The notes beneath the pieces are model-generated. The model saw only the letters and a program-made list of their open reading frames with translations, did no database searches and was not told where the DNA came from. From assembly GCA_030324005.1 (NCBI GenBank), contig JARDVH010000150.1:11709919-11773918 (forward strand): a stretch of DNA of 64,000 nucleotides, written 5' to 3'. Positions within the stretch are counted from its first letter, which is position 1. Every line of letters starts with the position of its first letter. The position numbers and the translations under genes are program-made. Source of the stretch: Negaprion brevirostris. Lineage: Eukaryota. This document shows, piece by piece, positions 39,141 through 52,800 of the stretch.

Positions 39141-40774
39141 TTGAGTCTGTACCAACTCTTTGAAAGAATTATCCAATTAAACCTAATCCATTGTCTGTTC
39201 CCGGCAAATTAATTGTCATCAAATATTTATCCAGTTCCATTTTAAAAGTTACCATTGAATCTGCTTCAAACATTCTCTCCGACACTATATTCCGGATCAT
39301 TATAACTCACTACTGAAAATTGTTACTTCATGTTGCCTTTGATTCTTTTGCCAATTAACCTTCGTGACCTCTGGTCATTGACCCTACCTGCTAATGGAAA
39401 GAGTTTCCTCCTATCTACTCAATCAAAACTCTAGATGAATTTGAACTTCCCAATTTAGATCTTCCCTTTTGCTGCTTTAAAGAGAACAACTCCAGCTTCT
39501 GTAGTCTCCCCACACAGCTAAAGTTCCTCATGCCTGCTGCTATTCCAGTAAATCTCCTCTCCAATCTCTCCAAGGCCTTGACACCCTTAACAAAGTTCAA
39601 TGCCCAAAACTGAAACATTACTCCAGCCAAGGACCAACCAACCGGTGATTTATAAAGGTTTGCCACAATATTCTTGCTTTTGTACTTTTTTTTCACACAG
39701 AAACCATTTTGCAATTGCCTTAAGGTTGGTTCAGATTCTCAAGAAGAGAAGATCTGTGGGAAATCTGGAAACAACAATTCTGGCTGGAGGGCCAAATAAG
39801 TTCAAGTTAAATGACTCCAACAGCAAAAATCATTTGGAGTGAAAAAAAAACAAGCCATATTTCAAACTGAGAGAAATCAGAATGTGTGTGGGCCCAGAGC
39901 TTCCGCAAGGGCAAGCAGGGAAATAAGCTTAAAAATTATAGCCAGACCATTCAGGAATACTGCTCTTCACATAAAGGGTAGGGCAAATCTGAACTCTCCC
40001 ACTCCAAAAAGCTGTCGGAACTTGAGGACAACTGAAAATGTCAAAACCGAGATTGATAATTTTCTTGTCTAACAAGAATTTAAGAGTTACAAAACAAAGG
40101 CAAGTAAATGGAGTTAACAGACAGATCAATAATGACCTAATTCAATGGCTGAACAGGTCAAAGTGGCTGAATGCCTTCCTCCCTTAATGCCATTGTCTAC
40201 CAGATGTACATTTTTCAGGTTGATACTCAGGATTTATTCCATTGTGGGGGCTTTACCTGACGATAGGAATCAGGAGCAATTCAGCCCTTTGAGCTTGCTC
40301 CGCCATTTAACATGATCGTGGCTAATCTTATCCTGATCTCAACACCATTTTGCTATCTGCTCCCCATTGTCCTTTATCCTGCTTTTCATCAGAAACGTAT
40401 TTACCTCTTTCTTGAATCTGTTGATTAATTTTGCCTCCACTGAACTCTGTTCAACATAGATTCACAATTCATAATCCTACATATTCTATAAAGGCATTGG
40501 TTCCTCTCAACTTCTGGGTGCATCAAATAGCTTCATGCCATTTAAGAAGGTGAAAAAAATAATAAACAAGGGCAGGACTAGGCCATTCAGCCCTTCTAAC
40601 CTGTTCTGCCATTCAACAAAAATTCAATCACCCTAATCCACCTTCCCAACTCTGACCTTTTCCTTAATTCCCTTACCATTCAAAAATCTATCAAACTCTA
40701 GCTTTAATTTACTCAACAACTGAGCATCCACAGTTTTCCAGAGTAGAGAATTCCAAACATTCACCCTGTCCTGG

Positions 40775-41288
40775 TCCCTCCATGCCAATGCCATGGTTAA
40801 TAAAGTCCACCAACGCTTCTACTTTCTCAGGAGGCTGAAGAAATTTGGCAAGTCCACTACAACGCTTACCAACTTTTACAGATGCATGATAGAAAGCGTC
40901 CTTTCCGGATGTATTACAGCTTGGTACGGCTTCTGCTTTGTCCAAGACCACAAGAGACTACAAAGTGTCATGAACAGAGCCCAGTCCATCATGCAAACCA
41001 TCCACCGTCTCTGTCTAAAGTTCTCGGAAAAGCAGGCAGCATAACCAAGGACACCACATACCCCGGTCATTCGCTCTGCCACCTTCTTCCATTGTGAAAA
41101 AGACACAAACGTCTGAGGTCACGTACCAACCGACTCAAGAACAACTTCTTCCCTGCTGCCATCAGACTTTTGAATGGACCTATCTTATATTAAGTTGATC
41201 TTTCTCTAAACCCTAGCTATGACTATAACACTACATTCTGCATCCTCTCTTTTCCTTCTCCCCTAAATACTCTATGAATAGTATCTTT
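40775..41288 (+). mobile_element. Rex1/Babar-clade LINE 3' part
   Basis: KVHQRFYFLRRLKKFG...TNFYRCMIESVLSGCITAWYG; related tails at ~22600-22697, 59135-59208, 62120-62240. Confidence 0.85.
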
Positions 41289-44200
41289 GTGGCACAGTGG
41301 TTAGCACTGCTACCTCATAGTGCCAGAGACCTGGGTTTGATTCCCGGCTTGAATCACCGTGTGTGCAGAGTTCTCCCTGCGTCGGTGTAAAGAATGTGCA
41401 GACTCTGCACAAATAGTGACCCAAGCCGGGAATCGAACCCAGGTCCCTGGCACTGTGAGACAGCAGTGCTAACCACTGTGCCCCCCTATCTTCTATCTCT
41501 CCTAAAAGTCAAGTACCCTGAAATATTTAATTCCTAACCTTATTCACTCTGCAACCATGGGCTTTACTGGCCATTAGGACAAATCTATTAATTTCTATGT
41601 GCTATTAATTTATTGATTTTGTGCGTAAATTCAGATAGAGCGCCATTAGCATGAAGATGTCTTTTATTTTTCCCTGATGTCGCTTCGTTTGCCTCTTGCA
41701 GTTGAAGGCAAGGCACTTGGAGAAAATATATATTTGTGTATNNNNNNNNNNNNNNNNNNNNNNNNNNNNNNNNNNNNNNNNNNNNNNNNNNNNNNNNNNN
41801 NNNNNNNNNNNNNNNNNNNNNNNNNNNNNNNNNNNNNNNNNCACATGTGACTGGTGCTTAGAGAGTGGCTGAGGGAGGATGGTCACACTCTAGCTCAGCC
41901 AATGTTGTCCTTTTTATAATTCGAGCAATAAGGGTTTTTTCTATTTTTGCTTGAAGATGATTTCGCACAAACTACTGAGATCTTGATTCCATAGCAGATT
42001 TTTCAGTATTACCTAATACCCATAGCCATCCAAGGACAGTTCTCCCAGAGACTTTTATCCTATCTGAAAATATTTCAGCATTATTAATAAGTCAAATGGT
42101 TATTTAATTCTGCATTTTATAGCAGGAAAAATTTGTCCCATATTTAAAGCTCTGCTAATTTAGAAGTTACAAGAGTATTTGTTGCTTGTGCATTCTCAGT
42201 GTCAGTTTTAGACTAGTGGCATTTTCTTGTTGGGAGAATCTAGTGCCTTGAAAAAATGAATTATTACCCTGCCATGGCTTAATATCTTTTAGTGTGCGAA
42301 ACAGTGGGTGACACCCCACTGCAGCACTGAGAGAGTGCTCCACTGTCAGAGATGTCAATTTTCAGGATGGAATATTAACCTGCCACAATACTGCCTGTAA
42401 TCATGAGACCTAGCCATTGTCGTAGTAGACACTTCTGTCATCAGGGTTAGTGCGGGTAGACTGAGACTATGAAGCACCACTCTTGAGCAGTAGTTCTGAC
42501 CTCCCTCTGTCCTCACTCAACAGTAAACAGCACTAAAGCTTCATTGTGCCAACCTGCACTGATTGTCAGCGAGATGTTCCTGAGGTATTGACGCAAGACT
42601 TGAATCAAAAAATTATCCGAATCTCTCTCTCCTTCCCTCCAACTCGCTGTGGCCTTGACCTCTTGTGGTTGATTGCATTGAACTTTTGGGACAGAGATTG
42701 GCTGTTTGGAACAGCTGACCTGGGCTAATCTACACAAGGAACAGGAGTGAAACATTTAACCCTCAAATCTGTTCTGTCAGAAGGTGACTCCCCACCTCTT
42801 AACAAAATGAACATAACCTTCCATTCCTTTCTCCCTCCTGTAGTTATCTACAAGCCTCTTAAAGTTCATAAATTAATATGTGACTGTGTAAATCCATGAT
42901 CTGTCAATGCCATGTCATCGCAAACTGACTTTTTTTGTCCAGATGAATAATGATAAAGCCTTCCAGGGTCTCAACTAACTGAGTTAGTCATTAGCTCCAG
43001 AAAATTGCAACTTTAATCACATCATTTATCCAAAGCTGCAAGTCAGTTATGAGTCTTTCTTCCTTTTAAAAACAACCTCAGTGGTACCAGCAGCTGGTTA
43101 CTGAATGCCCTGCGTCAGACAGATCAAGATAAAATGCCTTAATTTTTGCAGACACATTTAGTTAATAAATATAATGGAACAGCTGATCCCCCTTCAGTTT
43201 TGAGGTGCTGAGTGTCTGATGGATTTAATGTGCTGAAGAGTCTCTGAACAAGACCTCTGAGCAATCCACATAGACGCAGGTTTTGTTTATCCAATTTAAC
43301 ACACCCTGTACAGGGACAGACCTTTCCCTAAACCCACATTACCATAAACTACGATTGACTGCGCAGAGATAGCACTGCTGTTCTTAACCAGCTAAAGTGC
43401 TCAGATCAATGAATCTGGTTGGCTGATCTAGACTAATTCAGCATAGGTCTTGAGTATCCTGCAACCCCAGGCTGATCAAACCCACTGTAGTTTCACTACT
43501 GAACAATTATTGCATATTTGCAGTTGTGGGATGCAGTGCTTGGTTTGACCAGCTGCAATGCAGCCGAAGAACAGCAGTGTACTGAGCCACTTTGCACAAT
43601 TGTCTCATACAACTCCCAAACAGTAGTTAAGAATAAATAAAATGCTTTTAAATGCTGAGCACACATAGTTCACCTGATGTATTGTACCCGATATTGGTGT
43701 AATCGTTTGCAGTGGTGTCATGTGTATTATTTAATTTAAGTTGGTAGGCTATCGGCAATCAGTTTAAGAATAGGAAATCTTACTATTGGGTACAACCAAT
43801 TTCATTATCAAATAAAATGGGCCTGAGGTTGGGGAGGGACTAAGTAGCAGTTACATGCAGGGAATGGTGCATTATTCGAGCATCTTTCAGTTGTACCATG
43901 AAATTCCCCCAGGTGCGAGTGTTAGAAGGGTATCCCTAGAAAATTCTTCTCTCTGGCCCTTTCAGAGGCTTCAGCAGATCCCTGTGCAAGCAGGTGTATC
44001 AGTTCCAAGGCATTCCACAGGCATTGTGGCATTACTGGAGTCAGATTGTAGATTCTGGAGCAGTAGATCATCACCTTATGTTGGAGCGGCCCAAATGAGA
44101 ACCAGAAGTGTTCCAGAAGATTTTGGTCTCCACAGAACTCTGCTTGGTATTGGAAGGACAGATTAGCTTTGCCTCGAGTAGGCCAGCCTGGCCATGCAAA

Positions 44201-46479
44201 TACTCCTGCCCTGAAATTTTGATCAGAACCTCTGGCTTTTGCCTGGGGATTCCACTCTGCTGTGCTTGTACTTGATGAAGCAGAGTCCCAGAAAATCCAG
44301 GCTAGTGGTATTATTACAGATTGATTAATTTGAATAAACCTCAGCGAGGGGCACTGACAGTGAATAGCTCCAAATGTGACTAAGAAATGTGAGAGTTTAA
44401 TCTTAATTCAAGGCTCCCCCAGATATAAGTTTGCATGCTGGTGAAGGACGACAATGCATTCAGCTGTCTTTTAATTGTACTAGGTTCAGTGAACAAAAGC
44501 ATGTATTTGGGGTGTGACTTGGGCTTTATAATCTGCTCCATTGGGCTGTTTTGTTCAGGTGTTCTAAATCACAGGCTGTAGGGTAAATTAGAATGTTAAA
44601 GATAGTTAGCCCACCATTCTGTCTTGGGAATGTAGTAGTGTTTATGTTCTGTTTTTGAGTGAGTTGCATGCTTATTTGGCTGGCATTTGAAAAACAAGTG
44701 TAGATCTATTGCATTTCTTGGCAAGTTGTTATCCCAATCAGGTTTTGATTTCAAAGGGATTATGAAGACTGTAGACAGTTTTGTTTGTCAGAGAAGGAAG
44801 GATAAATAACAATTTTACTGGCTGGTGCCAGTTTGAGTAACAGAATGGGTCGTGTTTCTAGAATCCAGCTCCAGGCCATCCCTGTGCACACAATTACTTG
44901 CTGTCAGGATTGAGCTGTTGGATGGAGGGATTTCAGAAAGGCAGGCAATCAGTGGGAAGTGGGGATGAGTTTAATAGCAATGGAAATTGCATTCATTAGA
45001 TTTCATAAATCCAGTAAGTACAATAGCTGACTATGTCTCCTGTTTCCCCCTCACTCAAGTGGCATGTGTCATGCTGTGATTCTGTGCTTTTTGTTGATGG
45101 ATGGTAGGTGCTGCTGTAATAGACCAGAGTACATACCACTTAATATTTTAGTATGGAATGTCTGCTTGAAGGCCACATCAGTCCTTCTGCTTGCCTACGG
45201 CATATCATTCAGGGTGTTCTGCATGGCTCTGCATTCTTTCTTGGTGTATCCTGTTGACATCAGCGCCCTCCTGCCAGCCACAAAGCTGCAAATCTGATTT
45301 TTTGTTTTTAAATTTTGAGGTATAGTTGCTATCAGTTTTTTGTACGTTCTTCTCCTGGTCTCACCCCCAACAACATTGCTCATTTTGCCCACCTTCTTGT
45401 GGCCAGCTGAACAAGCAGAATATCTGTTGGTTTACAGTGATGGACTGAGCCTGACTTGATTCCATGCGCTGTCTAGTAAAAGTTTCACTTGCCCCCTTGA
45501 AAGGGGTAAGAAAAATGTCACTTTTTATATTGCCTTTTTAAAAAAAAATTACTGTGAGGTGGTTGACACGATGTTCTTGGTGCTCCCCAGAGCACTTGAT
45601 CACTATTTACATCTCCCTGACCCTAGGAGCAATGCTGTGTGTGTGTTCAGCTCTCCAGCTTTCCTTGTGTTATGTCCCATGTTCATGTGCTCTGAATTAG
45701 AATAAGCTCTGGATTTGCCTTGCCCAATTCTCCCTCTACCAGCCTCCATTGAGAAGGCATCGCTATGTGTAAATCTGTGTCCCTGGAAAGAGAGAGAGAC
45801 ACTGGAGAGGGAAAAATAGAAAACTTGAGCTTAACTGTTTTGACCTGCCAGTTGAAATGGTGCAATCGCATGGTTGGGTTTCTAAATCATACTCTGCAGA
45901 AGGCTGAAAAGTATAAGTAGTTTGGAGTTTTTGATCTTATTTTCCAAAAAGTTGCCAATCAGTTAATGGGTGAGAAATGATGTGAATGCACACACTGATA
46001 TACAGTTTGCCGAGTCAACATAGATACTGAAGATAAATGTCCCAAATCATTTTCTGTTCAGTTCTTTTCTATTTGTTCAGTTGCCTGAATCTGGAGAGTT
46101 GATGCATGCTGCAAAATTCAAACCACACCAGGCCCATGTCTGCTCAAGTCCTGTCAGATTTTTAACTCCTTATCCAAGTGCGCTGGCTTTCCTTTCCCAC
46201 ATTCAAGTATTATGCTGTTGTCTATTGATTTGCAGTATCTGTTGAGCAAGGTTCATTTAAAAAAAACTTCAGCCTATACCTTCAAACCAAAGCAAAGGGC
46301 TTAGTGGACACTGAATTGAGAGAAATCATTCTATTCACTTTCCAAATCCTCCTCACTTTAAAAAAAAAAATGCACACAAACAATATTGTATTTGGAAATC
46401 TGCTGCAGATTTACATTGAGATTTGCAACATAACCCTGCACGCCTGGTGAACACCTGTCAACTATGCGTCTGCATTAGC

Positions 46480-46875
46480 CTTCTTGTGTCTGAGACACAA
46501 GATTGGAGTCCCATTCCAGGGACTTGAGCAAAAACATCCAGGTGGACGCTCCATTACCAGTGCAAGAAAGTGCTGCACTATCAGAGGTGCCATCACTCGG
46601 CTGACATATTAAACCAAGATCCCATTTTCCCCTGGTAGATGTAAACATTCCCTAGTGTCCTGGCTAATAGGTGCCCCTCAACCAACATTAACAACAAATT
46701 ATCTGGTCACTTATCTCTGCTGGTTTTTGGCGGCTTGTGCGTAAATTGGCTGCTGCATTTCCTATATTGCAATTGACTACAATTCCAAAAAAAAAGTATT
46801 TCATTGGCTGTAAAATGCTTTTAGGATGTCCTTGAGATTGTGAAAGGTGCTATAGAAATGTAAGTTCTTTCTTTA
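46480..46875 (+). mobile_element. Deu-SINE (SacSINE1/AmnSINE1-like), near full length
   Basis: gtgctgcactatcagaggtgcc..taaaccaag core, ttatctggtca body, gtgaaaggtgctatagaaatgtaagttctttc tail; fragments at ~9600-9770, 18720-19030, 42290-42380, 50240-50385. Confidence 0.75.
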
Positions 46876-49800
46876 CCCACTTAAGTGTTGAACAGACAGC
46901 CATCGGTATTTTGAAGTAACGGAACGTCTCCAGGTTTGTTAGCAGATGTTTCTGCAACATACCTTGCCGTATGTTTAAAAAATGCCCTGCTCAAAAACAT
47001 AGCTAGAAATATCTGCCTGTCTAAATTCTCAGACACTGGATTCAGTGCAGCTCCTGCAAAAATTGCAAGGTGTAACATTTCAATTTGTCCTTTGGAGGTT
47101 TTGGTTAAAGCTTGTTGCCTCCTTCAAATGTGCCTATCAAACTGTACAAATTGTAAATAGGAATTGTCAAAGAAAAGTATTTATTAAAAATGTACATGAA
47201 ACCGAATGTAATTGGTTGTGACTTTTTTCATTTACACCATCTCTTCTATTCTCTAGAAAAGCAAAGGCTGAGAAGTGACTGAATAGAGGTTTTCAAAATT
47301 ACAAAGTGGTTGGAGCAATGAGCTTAGATGTAGGGAGGATTTTTCCACGTGCAGGAATCTGAACCAAGTGCCGTAAAGAGAAGAGGGAGATTTTTTTTAT
47401 GTGCAGTGCTAACTGGGACATGCAGTCTGAAAGGTGGGCGAAATCAATTCAGTGGCAATTTTCAAAAATCAATGAGACAAATACTTAAAGGAAAAGAAAG
47501 TACTGGGCTATGGCGACAGAGTGAGGAGAGTGGTCCTAATTGGATAACTCATTCAAGAAGATTAACTCAAAGATAAGGGATGAAACTTGGAGCCTTTTGA
47601 TCTATATGCTGACAGTCTTGTACAACATGATTGAGTGCCAAACTCTTGGTGGTGCTCCCAAAGGTGGAAGCAAAAAGATTCACCCCTCAGCCAACACCAC
47701 TGAAACAGAACATTTTGGTCATTATCACATTGTTATTGTTAGGAGCTGGCTTTGAACAAATTAAGAGTCAGAGGGTTACAGCATGGAAACAGGCCCTTCG
47801 GCCCAACTTGTCCATGCTGCCCCTTTTTTNNNNNNNNNNNNNNNNNNNNNNNNNNNNNNNNNNNNNNNNNNNNNNNNNNNNNNNNNNNNNNNNNNNNNNN
47901 NNNNNNNNNNNNNNNNNNNNNNNNNNNNNNNNNNNNNNNNNNNNNNNNNNNNNNNNNNNNNNNNNNNNNNNNNNNNNNNNNNNNNNNNNNNNNNNNNNNN
48001 NNNNNNNNNNNNNNNNNNNNNNNNNNNNNNNNNNNNNNNNNNNNNNNNNNNNNNNNNNNNNNNNNNNNNNNNNNNNNNNNNNNNNNNNNNNNNNNNNNNN
48101 NNNNNNNNNNNNNNNNNNNNNNNNNNNNNNNNNNNNNNNNNNNNNNNNNNNNNNNNNNNNNNNNNNNNNNNNNNNNNNNNNNNNNNNNNNNNNNNNNNNN
48201 NNNNNNNNNNNNNNNNNNNNNNNNNNNNNNNNNNNNNNNNNNNNNNNNNNNNNNNNNNNNNNNNNNNNNNNNNNNNNNNNNNNNNNNNNNNNNNNNNNNN
48301 NNNNNNNNNNNNNNNNNNNNNNNNNNNNNNNNNNNNNNNNNNNNNNNNNNNNNNNNNNNNNNNNNNNNNNNNNNNNNNNNNNNNNNNNNNNNNNNNNNNN
48401 NNNNNNNNNNNNNNNNNNNNNNNNNNNNNNNNNNNNNNNNNNNNNNNNNNNNNNNNNNNNNNNNNNNNNNNNNCTTACTAACCTATATTCCTCCTATATA
48501 TTCTCATCCACATCATTAATATAAATGACAAGTAACAGTGGGCCCAGTGCTGATCCAAACCGCTGGTCACAGGCCTCCAGTTTGAAAACAACTCTCTACA
48601 ACCACTCTCACAGAAGCCAATTTTTTATCCATTTAGATACCTCACCCTGGATCCTATAAGATTTAACTTTGTGCAACAACCTACCATGCGGTACCTTGTC
48701 AAAGGCCTTGCTAAAGTCCATGTAGGCAACATCAACTGTACTGCCTTCATCTACCTTCTTGGTTACCCCTTCAAAAAACTCAGTTAAGTTGACTTGCGGA
48801 TTACAATGGTGACGATGCTTCAGAAGTACTTCATTGTAAAGTGCTTTTGGTGACCCCAAATCATAAAAAGGTAACTGAAAAACGACGGTAAATGAAGCCC
48901 TGTTCGGGTGGATTGCCATTACGCTATTTGAAAAAAAGCAGAGTGCTCTCAGTATACCAGTCAGTGATTTTGCTGTTTATGGGATCATGCTAATGGCTGC
49001 CTACATAATATTGTTATTCCATTTAAAATGATCCACTGTAAATTATCTTTTGATTTATGTAAGGCTAAAATGTAAGTGTATTTTTCTTTAGGGCTGTACG
49101 TCCACCATTTCTGCATTGATGCTGTAATATAAAGAGACGGTACTGCTCTCGGGAAGGGTTATGGAAGAATTACAGTATTTTAAAATCCACAATACTTGTA
49201 CCTTGACGTCAAAAATGATCTCCCGTGCAAACAGCTTTCAAATTACATCTGGACAGTATGTCTGTAATATGTATCTGCAAAAGCTTTTGCCCCAGCAGTA
49301 ATGTTGGTGATAAAGAGATATTGACAATTTAATCTAATTTTTCTTTCAAGTTTATTAAAACATTTGGCTGAGTGAGTCAGTCTATGCCCAGTTTGAAGTC
49401 AACACATAAATAAAGACGGCTTTATCGGAAACCTCAAGTTCTTCATGGAAAATGCTTTGTTAGTGACTTACGTAGGTAAACCTCAGGGCCAATTTTCACA
49501 CTGGAAAACCCCACTACCTCCTGGCAATAAATGTCCAGTTAATTTTGGTAGTGTTAGTCAAGGAAGTCCCCAATCTTTGAGAAGTACCCTGGGATCTTTC
49601 ATTATCCACCCAAACTGCTGCATCAGGCAGTGGGGAAGTTGGTTCAAGAGGGAGAAGCTCTGAAAATGCAACATTGCAGGTTCGGCTAAGGAGTGGTGGC
49701 ATATTGGCTATGTTGCTAAACCAGTAATCAGATAATGAGCTGGAGCCATGAATTCAATTTCTTCCACGCCAGCTGCAGACTTTAAATTCAACTAACTAAA

Positions 49801-52800
49801 TCTAGAATAAGAAGCTAGGAATAATAATTGTGACCATGAATCTTATTGAATTGTGGTTTACAAACTCATCTTGGTTCATTAATGGCCTTTATTGAAGGAA
49901 ATTTGCTGTCCTTGATTGGTCTGGCTTATGACTCTAGATGTCTAATGTGTTTAACTTTTAACTACCATTTGAAATGGCCCATCAGGTCACTCCATTGTCT
50001 GTCTGAAGGTGATGCCAGGGCCATTAGGGATGGCCAATAAATCCTGGCCTTGCCAGCATCCATATCCTGTGAATGAATGGTTTAATGGTCATTACTTGCA
50101 GATTTTTTTATTGAATTCAAATTTGCCATGGTGGGATTTGAACCCGGGTACCTAGAGTATTAGGCTGGGTTTCAGGATTGCTGAGCCAGTGACAAAACTA
50201 CTACTACACCATCTCATCCAGCACAAAAGCATGCTCTGGTTGTTATATTATGGGTGTTTGCTGCATGTAAGTTGGCTGCTTTCTTTCCTAATTTATAAGT
50301 CACTACACAACTAAAACGATTTGATTAGCAGTAAAGTGTTTTTTTGTGGGATTTTGAGGTGAAAGGTGCCATAGAAATGCATCCTTTGTACGTTGCTCCT
50401 AAGCAAGTCAACAAGCTCTTGAAATGAACTTCGACTCACGTGGGCTTACCAAGGAATAGCTTGACATTCTCAATTTTGGCTGTAGTCCACAGACGTTCAT
50501 AGGAAGGACTTTGTAGGTTTGGCTCGAAAGGATGTACCACTGCTGTTTCCAGGTGGTCTGTCCGATTTTATTCTTCAGCCCTTCAATACAATTCAGAGAA
50601 TTGCTAGGCCATTTCAGAGGGCAATCATCATTGCGAGAACTTTTTCGATTCTCTTCAAATCTACCAACACCAAGTGACCACGAACAATGGTCCTGTGACC
50701 TGCAGGGAGGAAAATGAAAATATTGGATTTCCATAAATATCTCATCTGTGTGCTATTAGCACGTAGCAGGATGTTGTGCTTAATGTTTGTGCCTCATTTT
50801 TAAAACACTTTTGGAACTTCCGCACAGAGGTTAAACCACGAGAAATTAATCATTATCAACTAAGGGGTCCCTGTGTTAAGCAGCTGTTGTTGAGACCTTC
50901 AAAGTTTCCCCAAATTCTTTTATTTAATGTGAAATTGAGAAGTTAAGGGCAAGTTTTAACCTGCTGTAGAGAAGGAAATTCTTATATTTTATTAAGTACC
51001 AATCTCTGACCTGCCTGTCCACAATTAATGAATTTTTCTCCTCACCTCTGTACCAGGTAATCGTTTTCTCATTCGCAATCCCTTTACCTAAATAACTGTC
51101 TTGTGTAACTTTTTAAAATCGGTATCCTGCCTTAATGTTCTCACGGCTTCTTCTGTTCTTACCATTTTGAAGTAGAGAAAACTGTTCTTTAAGGACGTAA
51201 AAGCTACTCAACTCCTTACAACAGCAATGGTTTGTATTTATATATATTCTTTAACATTATAAAACATTTCAAAGTGTTTTACAGAAGTGTTTTAGATCAA
51301 AACTTCACACAGACCCACCAAAGGACACGTTAGGACTAGTGAACAAAAGCTTGATCAAGGATAGGGGCTTTAAGGAGCTTCTCAAGGGAGGAGAAAAAGG
51401 CAGAGGGGTTTAGGGAAGGAATTCCTAAATTCAGGGCCTAGTCCCGGCAGGCACAGCCAATGGCACAGGAATGGATTATCTGTAATTTATCTCATTGCTG
51501 TTTGTGGGGGCTTGCTGTGCACAGTTTGTTGCCATGTTGTAATATTACACTTTAGTTATGTGGATAGATTGGAGAAGAGACTGAGAAAAGATTTGCTAGA
51601 GGTGGTCAAAATCGTAAGGTTTCTGGACTGAATAGATGGGAAGAAATGTTCTTACTGGCAGAAGGATCAAAAACCAGAGGGCAAGGATTTGAGGTAATTG
51701 GCAAAGAAACAATGGAAACATTTTTACATAGCCAGTGGTGAGGAATTGGAACACACTGCCTGAGAGTGTGGTGGAGGCAAGTTCAATCGTGACATTCGAG
51801 AAGGAATTGCACTATTATCTGGAAAGAATGAATGTACAGTGCTATGGGGTGCAGAACTAGGCCCTTACGGGGCCAGCACATTAAATTGGGGTGAATGGCC
51901 ACCTATGCTGTAACTATTCTACAGTTGAGGTGGGAGGGAGGGGAAGGAGTGAGAGCAGAAATATAGGAAACAGAATGGATATGGTTGAGGGTCCTGTCAA
52001 ACATGGTGGAGGGTTCCTAGGTTTAGGACCAAGTCATATTTGGAATTGTTAGTATGGAAAGTTGGTTCACACAAAAAAAAACTTCGTTGTTTCTGTCCAG
52101 CTCTTTGGGATGTCTGAAAGATGAGAAGTATTTTATAAATACAAGAGCTTCCGTTATTCAGGGACTGAACTCCTTAAACTCTCTCTTACAACGCAACTTT
52201 AAAATTCTTAACCTTCTTATCATATTTCCTTGACCTTATCTATCCTCTGTTTCTCTATAACCTCCTGAGATCTGCCATTAGCTCCCTTTGGAGTATGGTA
52301 GTTTAATGGTAATGTCACCCTAGGGTAATGCTGTGGGGATGTGGGTTCAAATCTCACTGCAGCAGCTGGTGGAATTCAATTACAATTAATAAAATAGGGA
52401 ATTGAAAGCTGGTCTCAGTGAGAATGAAGCTATCATTGTTATTAAACTAGTACACTAAAGGAAATCTGTCATCCTTATTTGGTCTGGCCTACATGGATCC
52501 ATGGTCAAGTGGCTGACTCTTAACTGCCCTCAAGTGACCGGACAGCAAATACAGGCCTTGTCAGTGATGTCTACATCCCATGAAATGATGCTTGGAAGCT
52601 GTCTGGGCCTTAATCTCTGGAATTGCCTCCTCATCAAAAAAACCATAAGATATAGGAGCAGAATTAGGCCACTCGGCCCATCAAGTCTGCTCCACCATTC
52701 AATCATGGCTGATATTTTTCTCATCCCTATTCTCCTGCCTTTTCCCCATAACCCCTGATCNNNNNNNNNNNNNNNNNNNNNNNNNNNNNNNNNNNNNNNN

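Larger units (their letters stand above)
39700..50699 (-). pseudogene. Multi-exon unprocessed pseudogene of an unidentified protein; candidate exons 50699-50450, 47053-46963, 45782-45622, 45406-45199, 42729-42554, 42246-42171, 42063-42013, 39866-~39700
   Basis: Pyrimidine-rich AG acceptors and GT donors on the minus strand, successive phases compatible, four exons stop-free, three with TGA/TAG stops, one split by a 151-nt repeat insertion. Confidence 0.6.

Noticed and set aside
41490-41720. Extra minus-strand exon after attttctccaag
   Set aside because: The frame runs into ALYLNLR, resembling the start of CR1 ORF2.
49202-49274. Candidate minus-strand exon (cttttgcag ... aag|gtacaa)
   Set aside because: Stops in all three frames and phase does not fit its neighbours; left out of the chain, though it could be an indel-damaged exon.
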